A DNA stretch of 43,973 nt from assembly GCA_030654305.1 (NCBI GenBank), contig JAURXS010000052.1, positions 1 through 43,973 on the forward strand, written 5' to 3'. Source of the DNA: a bacterium. Its GTDB lineage: Bacteria; Krumholzibacteriota; Krumholzibacteriia; LZORAL124-64-63. The position numbers and the translations under genes were made by a program. The notes under the pieces were generated by a model. The model worked only from the letters and a program-made list of their open reading frames with translations, was not told where the DNA came from and did not search any database. Positions 35,385 through 42,699 of the stretch are shown here, piece by piece (the stretch's first letter is position 1; each line of letters opens with the position of its first letter).

Positions 35385-36286
35385 TTGCGCGATCCGCGGA
35401 CACCGCCCGTTCCCTTCGGCTACCGCACCAGCGCGTTCTGGTACGCGCTCGGGGCGCGCGTGGCCGTCGCGGCGCCCCGCGACGTCGCCCGCTGGGCGGC
35501 GCGGCGGATCGGGGACTGGTACGCGTGGACCCACCCCGGCGTGCGGCGGACCGTCGGGCATCACTTGGCGCTGGCCGACCAGGCCCGCGGCGACGGCCGG
35601 CGGACCCCGGTGCAGCGACCCTTCCGCGAGTTCAGCGAGACGGTCGCGGACTTCCTGCGCCTGGCCGGCGGGCGCGGCGACGAGATCGTCGCGGAGATCG
35701 AGGTCGCCGGTCTCGAACACCTGCAGCGTTGCCAGATGGAAGGCTCCGGCGTCGTCTTCCTCAGCGCCCACATGGGCAACTGGGAGGCGGTCGGCGCCTG
35801 GGGCGCCTCGCGGGGCCTGCGCGTGCTGGGCGTGGCGCGCCCGCACCCGAGCCCGCGCGTGGACGAGTTCTTCAACGCGGCCCGCCGGCGCTTCGGGCTC
35901 GAGGTGTTCCCGCTGGGCGGCGACCCGCGCCTGCTCGCCGAGCACCTGCAGAGCGGGGGCGTGGTGGCCATCGTCGGCGATCGGGATTTCACCGGGCGCG
36001 GCGCCGAAGCCGCCTTCCTGGGCGCCCGCACCCGGCTGCCGCAGGGCTGGATCCGCCTGGCCCAGCAGACCGGCGCCTGGATCCTGCCGGGCCGCCACCG
36101 CCGGCTGGTCGAGGACGGGCGCCACGTCTCGCGGCTGGAATTCCGGGAGCCTTGGCGCGTCGCGCCCGGCGAAGCGGGCGCCGCCGAAGCCTTCGCCCGC
36201 GGCTCGGCGTTCCTCGAGGAACTGGTCCGCGAGGATCCCGGCGCCTGGACCGTCTTCGATCCCGTGCTGCAGGGAGGTCGCCCGCG

Positions 36287-36290
<4 letters not shown>
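35385..36290 (+). CDS. lysophospholipid/lipid A-type acyltransferase (LpxL/HtrB family)
   Basis: The frame of ORF-track entry 35184..36290 contains FLSAHMGNWE (the HX4E/D acyltransferase motif) and IVGDRDF. The tRNA and terminator occupy its 5' part, and there is no in-frame ATG. I chose the TTG at 35385 provisionally; GTG at 35460 is the alternative. Confidence 0.72.
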
Positions 36291-36972
<682 letters not shown>

Positions 36973-36976
<4 letters not shown>

Positions 36977-37758
36977 CCCGCCACATCCTTCTGAGCAACG
37001 ACGACGGCATCGAGGCCCACGGCCTGAACCTGCTGGCCCGCGTCCTGACCGAGCGCGGCGACGTCCGCGTCAGCGTCGTGGCGCCTTCGGAGCAGCAGAG
37101 CGCCTCGAGCCACTCGCTGACCATCCGCAACCCGATCCGCGTGCTCGACTGCGGGCCGGGCCGCTGGGCGGTCACCGGCACGCCCACCGACAGCGTGCTG
37201 ATCGCGGTCGAGCACATCCTGCGCGACGACCCGCCCGACCTGGTCATCAGCGGCATCAACCACGGCGCGAACATGGGGGAGGACGTCACCTACTCCGGCA
37301 CGGTGGCCGCCGCGCTCGAGGGCGCGATCCTGGGCTTCCCCAGCTACGCCCTGTCCTGCGCCTCGTGGCACCCGCGCGACTGGGGCGCGGCGGAGGCCTT
37401 CGTGCGCCACCACCTCGACGCCCTGCTGGCCCTGCCGCTGCCGCGCCACGCGCTGCTGAACGTGAACATCCCCGACGTCCCGGCCGCCGAAGTGCGCGGC
37501 ATCCGCACCTGCCCGCTGGGCAGCCGCCGCTACAAGGACGTCATCACCGAACAGACCGACCCGCGCGGCCGCCCCTACCTGTGGATCGGCGGGCGCGGCC
37601 CCACCTGGGAACAGATCCCCGACACCGACGCCGTGCTGCTGCAGGAGGGCTACGTGGTGATCACCCCGCTGCGCGTCGACCTGACGCACACCGAACTGCT
37701 GACCCGCATGGGCGGCCTGGACCTCGGCGGTCCGCTCGGCACGGCGGCGCGAGCGTGA
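36973..37758 (+). CDS. surE: 5'/3'-nucleotidase SurE
   Basis: ILLSNDDGIEAHGL, SGINHGANMGEDVTYSGTVAAALEG. The ATG overlaps the upstream stop (ATGA). Confidence 0.93.
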
Positions 37759-38408
37759 TGAGGGACTACGCCGTCGCCCGCCGCCGCATGGTGGACGAGC
37801 AGATCCGCGACGCCGGCGTCACCGACCCGGCCGTCCTCGCCGCGATGCGCGAGGTGCCCCGCCACCGCTTCGTGCCCCGGCTGCTGCATCACCGCGCCTA
37901 CCAGGGCTGCGCCCTGCCCATCGGCCACGGCCAGACCATCAGCCAGCCCTTCATCGTGGGCCTGATGACCGCGCTGCTCGAGCTCAAGGGCGACGAGCGC
38001 GTCCTGGAGGTGGGCACCGGCTCCGGCTACCAGGCGGCCATCCTGTCCCGCCTGGCCCGCGAGGTGGTCAGCGTGGAGCGCATCGAGGCCCTGGCCCTGC
38101 GGGCCGCCAAGACCCTCGAGGATCTCGGCTGCGCCAACGTCGTGGTCCGGGCCGCCGACGGCGGCGCCGGCCAGCCCGAAGCCGGCCCCTTCGACGCCGT
38201 CGTGGTGACGGCCTGCCCCCCGCGCCTGCCGTCGCTGCTCTTCCACGAGCTGCGCGAGGGCGGCGTGCTGGTCCTGCCGATCGGCGACGACGACGAGCAG
38301 ATCCTCTACCGGTACCGCAAGGTGGGGGGGGAGCCGGTCGTGGAGCGATCGGTGGCCTGCCGGTTCGTGCCCATGCTGGACGGGGTGCAGCGGCTCGAAG
38401 GGGAATGA
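37758..38408 (+). CDS. pcm: protein-L-isoaspartate O-methyltransferase
   Basis: VPRHRFVP, GHGQTISQPFIV, and VLEVGTGSGYQAAILS (SAM motif I). surE-pcm synteny is classical. GTG at 37755 is an in-frame alternative start. Confidence 0.92.
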   Translation: MRDYAVARRRMVDEQIRDAGVTDPAVLAAMREVPRHRFVPRLLHHRAYQGCALPIGHGQTISQPFIVGLMTALLELKGDERVLEVGTGSGYQAAILSRLAREVVSVERIEALALRAAKTLEDLGCANVVVRAADGGAGQPEAGPFDAVVVTACPPRLPSLLFHELREGGVLVLPIGDDDEQILYRYRKVGGEPVVERSVACRFVPMLDGVQRLEGE

Positions 38409-38423
38409 GGGGGGAAGCTCTCC

Positions 38424-38452
38424 TTGCGTTTCCGGGGCCGGGGGTGCATCTT
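38424..38452 (+). promoter_or_regulatory. possible promoter for tRNA-Pro(CGG) (TTGCGT-17-CATCTT)
   Basis: It resembles the TTGACN-N18-TATCTTG promoters of tRNA-Gly and mutL. It lies about 60 nt upstream of the tRNA. Confidence 0.3.
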
Positions 38453-38513
38453 GTGCGTCTGTTTCGCGGGTCCCCGGCCGAGACCGGGGGAAGCCGCGGA
38501 CCACCGATACGGT

Positions 38514-38591
<78 letters not shown>

Positions 38592-38604
38592 CGCTGACGA
38601 AGGA

Positions 38605-38648
38605 AACGGGTCGCCTCAGGGCGGCCCGTTCCTGTTTTATCCTGTTTT
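38605..38648 (+). terminator. strong rho-independent terminator at the convergence point of the plus and minus transcription units
   Basis: AACGGGTCGCC-tcag-GGCGGCCCGTT gives an 11-bp stem with one G-U pair, followed by CCTGTTTTATCCTGTTTTC. Confidence 0.75.
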
Positions 38649-38669
38649 CAACATTCAGCGGCACCGCAC

Positions 38670-39407
38670 CTAGGTCAACCCGATCAGACGCCGCCAGCCG
38701 CGTCGGCCCGGCAGCGGGACCTCGTGCTCCACGCGCCGCACCTCGCCATCCGGCTCCAGCAGCGCGTAGCCCTGCCAGCTCTGGGGCAGCCCGAGGTAAT
38801 GGATCCCGTCGCGCTCGCTCTCGTGCCAGCGGTGGTGGTGCCCGAAGACCCACCAGCGCGGCCGCAGGTGCGCCGCCACGCGCGCCAGGCCCGCCACGCC
38901 GGGCGGGCCCAGGTGGGCGAGCGCGACCTCGCTGTTCACCCCGATGTCCGTGGGGCAGTCGTGGCTGATCACGAGGTCGATGCTGCCGGGAGCGTGGGCC
39001 AGGCAGGCGTCGATGTCCCGCTCGCGGATCTCGCTGCCGCACGGGGTCGACCAGGCGTCCATGTAGCGCGCGCCGCCGACGCACAGGCAGTTCCAGTCGC
39101 CCAGACTCAACCGGGAGCCGCGGGGCAGGTGGGTGACGACGTCCGCGTAGTCGCGCACCAGCCGCTCGAACGACGCGAAGTCCTCGTGGTTGCCCTCGAT
39201 GAAGGCCGTGGGGTGCGCGAACCGGAACCCGCCGCGTCGGAAGTGGCGGTGCAGTTCGGCGCCGAACAGGCCGAAGTCCCCCAGCACCAGCACCCGCTCG
39301 ACGGGACGGCCCCGCGATTCCTGGGCGTGGGCCGCCTGCGCGTCGACGACTCCGTAGTGCGCGTGGACGTCGCTGAGCAGCAGGATCGAGCCGTCACCGG
39401 TCGACAT
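38670..39407 (-). CDS. calcineurin-like metallophosphoesterase
   Basis: 245 aa carrying the full MPP motif set: LLSDVHAH (DxH), LGDFG (GD), EGNHED (GNHE), ISHDCP, and FGHHHRWH (GHxH). The ATG at 39407 lies 5 nt after the upstream stop (TGAgcgcgATG). This is only the 3' third of ORF-track entry 38670..41345. Confidence 0.8.
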   Translation of the reverse strand: MSTGDGSILLLSDVHAHYGVVDAQAAHAQESRGRPVERVLVLGDFGLFGAELHRHFRRGGFRFAHPTAFIEGNHEDFASFERLVRDYADVVTHLPRGSRLSLGDWNCLCVGGARYMDAWSTPCGSEIRERDIDACLAHAPGSIDLVISHDCPTDIGVNSEVALAHLGPPGVAGLARVAAHLRPRWWVFGHHHRWHESERDGIHYLGLPQSWQGYALLEPDGEVRRVEHEVPLPGRRGWRRLIGLT

Positions 39408-39412
39408 CGCGC

Positions 39413-41494
39413 TCAGCCCCCCCGGAACTCGTGGTCCAGCATGGTCTGCAGCGCCTTGATGTCGGCGAACACGGACTTCAGCGTCCGGCGCGTCGCCGGG
39501 TCGAGCGCGTCCGGCTCGAGCCGGTTGTCGGGTTCGAGACGATCGAGGATCCGCCGGGACTGGTGCTGCAGCCGCAGGTCCATCAGGAAGCGGTACGACT
39601 CGGCGAGTTCGGCGGCGGTCTCGGCGCGCAGCTTGCCCGCCGACGCGAGGGCGGCCAACCGGTCCGCCGTGGCGGTGGCGGCGACCCCGTGCTGCAGGGC
39701 GCGCAGCCGCACGTAATCGACGATCTGCGCCATGACGCCCTTGACGTCGAAGGTGGCGCGGTCCGCCTCGCCCTTCTCCAGCGCGAAGCCGCCGAACGCG
39801 TTGAGCGGCGGCTCGTACTGCAGCACGCTGCGCGCGAGCAGGTGCAGGAAGCGGGGCTCGCTCGCGATCTCGTCCGCCAGGTCGGCGCGCAGCGCGGCGA
39901 CCAGCCCGTCCTGTCCGAGTCCGTCCTGCCGGAGGGCGCCGCGGAAATCGAAGAAGATCTTCGCCTGCAGCAGGTCCTCGGCCTCCAGGGTGTGGATCCA
40001 GCCCGCGAACGTCCGGCGCCAGCCGGAGAGCGACTGGCAGCAGCGGGGCTCCCCGGACATGATGCCGCCCCGGCAATAGGGGTAGCCCGCCGCATCCAGG
40101 ATCGTGGAGAGCCGCGTCCCCAGGCGCAGGAAATAGTCGCGCGCCGCCGCCTCCGCGCCGGCGTCCAGGTCCGGGTAGATGATGGCGTGGTCCTGGTCCG
40201 CCAGCAGGCTCACCTCGGCGCGACCGAGGCTCCCCATGAGCATGACGTCGAAGTCCGACGGCGGCGGCCCCAGTTCGGCGATCGCCAGTTCGACGCCCTT
40301 GCGCACGGCCGTGTCCGCGTTCTGCGACAGCATGCGGCTGACCTGCAGGGCGTCGGCCCCGTGGCTCATCATCAGGCCGGCCATGGTCGCCAGACGCCGG
40401 TTCGCCGCCGCCAGGTCGTCGCTGCTTCGCGCCGCATGCAGATCGAGCTCGTGCGGCTGCTCCAGGCGGGTGGCCACGGCCATGCAACCGGGCCTGCCCT
40501 GCAGCATCACGCGCGACAGCGACAGCATGACCCGCACGACGCCGCCGCCGCGCGTGACCAGTTCGGCTTCGTAGCGGATGGGTGCGCGGTCCCCGTCGGC
40601 CACCGCCCGCCAGTGCCGGCGCCCGCTCTCCATTTCGGCGGCCGTCGCGCGCACCAGCCGCCCGGCGTCCAGGCGCGCGAACTCCTCGCGGCTGTAACCG
40701 ACCAGCTTCAACATGCTCGCGTTGGCGAAGAGCCCCTCGTCGCCCACGGACATGAAGATCGACTCGCCGGCCGACTCCACCAGCGAGCGGTACTTCTCCT
40801 CGGAGATCTTCAGGGCGGCGGCCGTGAGCAGGCGGCCGCGCTCCGCCTGGAAGCTGGTGCGCAGCAGGAAGACCAGCAGCAGCGTCACCGCGGCGAGGAT
40901 CAGCACGGCCGCCGCCTGCAGGCGCCCGGCCACCGCCGCCACCTCGCGGTCGACGTCGTCGGTGTAGACGCCGGTGCCGATGATCCAGCCCCAGGGTGCG
41001 AAGCCCTTGACGTAGGACAGCTTGGGCACGATGCGCGCGGGGTCGTCCTTCCACTGCCACATGTAGTCGACGTAGCCGGCGCCCTCGCGGCGCACGACGT
41101 CGACCATCGCGACGAAGATCAGCTTGCCGTGCGGGTCGGCGAAGGCGGACAGGTCGCCGCCCTCGAGGTCGGGGCGGTAGGGGTGGACGATCATCCGCGG
41201 CTGGAGGTCGTTGATCCAGAAGTAGTCCTTGCCCTCCTGGCCGTAGTGGAGGCTGCGGACCTGCAGGATGGCGGCGGCCTGGGCCTGCTCGCGCGAGAGG
41301 CGGCCGGCGCGCTCTTCGGCCTCGTAGCGGGCCAGGATGTTCCACGACGATTCGGTCAGCTCTCGGATCATGAGCCGCTTCTGGTCCATCACCGCGCGGC
41401 CCAGGGTGGGCAGGAAGTGGAAGAAGACCACGCCGGAAAAGAGGCCGACGGCCAAGAGGGCGGGCAGGCCCGTGCGCAGCGCAAGACGTTTCAT
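39413..41494 (-). CDS. membrane sensor protein: TM, periplasmic single-Cache domain, TM, PAS-like segment, then DUF294 nucleotidyltransferase plus DUF294_C domain
   Basis: 693 aa. TM1 is aa 8-30. The Cache signature is YFWINDLQPRMIVHPYRPDLEG...PKLSYVKGFAPWGWIIGTGVY (aa 90-177). TM2 is aa 194-214. The PAS-like segment is aa 225-335. The Pol-beta NTase motif is MGSLGRAEVSLLADQDHAIIY (aa 420-440, nt 40175..40237). The long helical C-terminus is typical of DUF294_C. Confidence 0.85.
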   Translation of the reverse strand: MKRLALRTGLPALLAVGLFSGVVFFHFLPTLGRAVMDQKRLMIRELTESSWNILARYEAEERAGRLSREQAQAAAILQVRSLHYGQEGKDYFWINDLQPRMIVHPYRPDLEGGDLSAFADPHGKLIFVAMVDVVRREGAGYVDYMWQWKDDPARIVPKLSYVKGFAPWGWIIGTGVYTDDVDREVAAVAGRLQAAAVLILAAVTLLLVFLLRTSFQAERGRLLTAAALKISEEKYRSLVESAGESIFMSVGDEGLFANASMLKLVGYSREEFARLDAGRLVRATAAEMESGRRHWRAVADGDRAPIRYEAELVTRGGGVVRVMLSLSRVMLQGRPGCMAVATRLEQPHELDLHAARSSDDLAAANRRLATMAGLMMSHGADALQVSRMLSQNADTAVRKGVELAIAELGPPPSDFDVMLMGSLGRAEVSLLADQDHAIIYPDLDAGAEAAARDYFLRLGTRLSTILDAAGYPYCRGGIMSGEPRCCQSLSGWRRTFAGWIHTLEAEDLLQAKIFFDFRGALRQDGLGQDGLVAALRADLADEIASEPRFLHLLARSVLQYEPPLNAFGGFALEKGEADRATFDVKGVMAQIVDYVRLRALQHGVAATATADRLAALASAGKLRAETAAELAESYRFLMDLRLQHQSRRILDRLEPDNRLEPDALDPATRRTLKSVFADIKALQTMLDHEFRGG

Positions 41495-41525
41495 TCTAGA
41501 CGCTTCATTCGAGACGCTTCATCGT
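41484..41525 (-). repeat. three tandem 14-nt units, each containing ATGAARCGTCT (the start of the sensor gene)
   Basis: Minus strand reads CGATGAAGCGTCTC / GAATGAAGCGTCTA / GAATGAAACGTCTT. Plus-strand units are at 41512..41525, 41498..41511 and 41484..41497. Confidence 0.9.
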
Positions 41526-41548
41526 CGTGACCTGCCCTCCGTCTTCAT
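41491..41548 (-). promoter_or_regulatory. relay of three mini-ORFs (MKTEGRSRR*, MKRLE*, MKRLE*) whose TGA stops each overlap the next ATG, ending on the sensor-gene ATG
   Basis: ATGs are at 41548, 41522, 41508 and 41494 (minus strand). The stops at 41521..41519, 41507..41505 and 41493..41491 form ATGA overlaps. The only SD-like element (GGAGGG, 41535..41540) precedes the second ATG. The main ATG has none. Confidence 0.45.
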
Positions 41549-41570
41549 GCCGATGCCCCCGCGCCGGAGC

Positions 41571-42629
41571 CTACAGCAGGAACTGCACGCCCGCCAGCAA
41601 CTGGTTGGGGCTGTCGCCGGTGCTGAATTCCACCCCGTAGCGCAGCTTGTGCTTCAGGCGGTAGTAGTGCAGCCCCGCCGTCAGGTTCGACATCCGGTCG
41701 CCGGAGCCGGGATCGACGACGGAGACCTTGCCCGTCGCCTGCACGCGGTCGCGGCGCAGCCCCGACTCGACGAACCAGGTGCTGCCGTGGAAGTTGAGGT
41801 TGTCCCAGTCGTACCAGCCGGCGTTGAGCGTGCCGAACATCCCGCCCGCGGCGAAGCCGGACTGCAGGTCGACCACGAAGGCCCGGCTGTCGATCGTCCA
41901 GCCGGGATCGGCGGCCGACACGTAGCCGGCGCGGTTGGCCCGTCTCTGGTAGTCGATCCCCGTGCCCAGCAGCAGGTAGGGATCCCCGCCCAGGCGCTCC
42001 TGCCCGTGGAACCAGGCCGTGGGCACGGCGCCGACGGCCGCGTACTCCAGGTGCCCGGTGAAGCGCGGCGCCGCCTCGGGATTCTTCGTGGTCCCGACTT
42101 CGTAGCCGTCGAAGACGCCCGCGCGGTAGGCGAACGACCCGCCGTACGAGCCGTGCAGCATCAGGCCCTGGTCGCGCCAGACGAAGGTGTTGGCCAGCTT
42201 GATCACCTCGGCGTTGTAGTCCAGCCCCAGCAGGCTGCCGGCCGAGGAAGTGTTCTCGAAGGACAGCGGCAGCAGGATCAGCCCCACCTCCAGCCAGTGG
42301 TCCCCGCTCAGGCGCAGGTCGACGAAGATGTCCTGCAGGTCGGTGGACACGCCGCTCACGGCGCCGTTCCCGGCGTTGTCGTTGTCCGTCTCGGCGAAGA
42401 CCTTCACGCCGTCGGCGATCTGGCCGCTGAAGATCAACCGCCCCCGGCGCAGGTACAGGTCGCGGTCGGCCGCGGCGCCCTCCACCGTCACGGCGTGGAA
42501 CTGGCCCAGCAGGCTGAACTGCAGGTTGGCGCCGTCGTCGAAGTCCCAGCGGGGGCCGGCCAGCGCGGGCGCGGCCGCGACCGTCAACACCACCAGCGCC
42601 GCCCGCAGCAGCAAGTCCGTCCTGCTCAT
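41571..42629 (-). CDS. outer-membrane porin, probably of the OprO/OprP (anion-selective) type
   Basis: The ATG at 42629 is preceded by AAGGAGAG. Signal peptide MSRTDLLLRAALVVLTVAAAPALA. Amphipathic beta-strand pattern throughout. YLRRGRLIFSGQI...VKVFAETDN resembles the RRARL..G motif of phosphate-selective porins. Family assignment is by eye. Confidence 0.72.
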   Translation of the reverse strand: MSRTDLLLRAALVVLTVAAAPALAGPRWDFDDGANLQFSLLGQFHAVTVEGAAADRDLYLRRGRLIFSGQIADGVKVFAETDNDNAGNGAVSGVSTDLQDIFVDLRLSGDHWLEVGLILLPLSFENTSSAGSLLGLDYNAEVIKLANTFVWRDQGLMLHGSYGGSFAYRAGVFDGYEVGTTKNPEAAPRFTGHLEYAAVGAVPTAWFHGQERLGGDPYLLLGTGIDYQRRANRAGYVSAADPGWTIDSRAFVVDLQSGFAAGGMFGTLNAGWYDWDNLNFHGSTWFVESGLRRDRVQATGKVSVVDPGSGDRMSNLTAGLHYYRLKHKLRYGVEFSTGDSPNQLLAGVQFLL

Positions 42630-42659
42630 CGCACTCTCCTTGTCGGGATGGTAGGGGAG

Positions 42660-42681
42660 GCGGGCCGGCCGACCGGCCCGC
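42660..42681 (-). other. GC hairpin in the actP-porin intergenic spacer
   Basis: GCGGGCCGG-ccga-CCGGCCCGC gives a 9-bp perfect stem. There is no T-run on the transcribed strand, so it is unlikely to be a full terminator. Confidence 0.35.
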
Positions 42682-42699
42682 TCATTCAAGCCTGACATT

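Noticed and set aside
39408-41345. The N-terminal ~646 aa of the 891-aa ORF-track entry 38670..41345 (-), which would make a giant protein.
   Set aside because: This part is Arg/Pro/Gly-rich with no motifs. It overlaps, in another frame, the strongly supported sCache-PAS-DUF294 gene (39413..41494). Only the last 245 codons, from the ATG at 39407, look like a real protein (the metallophosphoesterase).
41484-41525. The short tandem repeats (14-nt x3 here, and 15-nt x2-4 at 13719..13780) as a CRISPR array or minisatellite.
   Set aside because: The units are directly adjacent with no spacers, far too short and too few for CRISPR, and no cas genes are present. They are better explained as local tandem duplications.
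42630-42698. The longer porin ORF starting at 42698 (MSGLNERAGRPARLPYHPDKESA...).
   Set aside because: The extension has no signal-peptide character and spans the intergenic hairpin. The internal ATG at 42629 has a good AAGGAGAG Shine-Dalgarno sequence and is followed directly by a canonical signal peptide.
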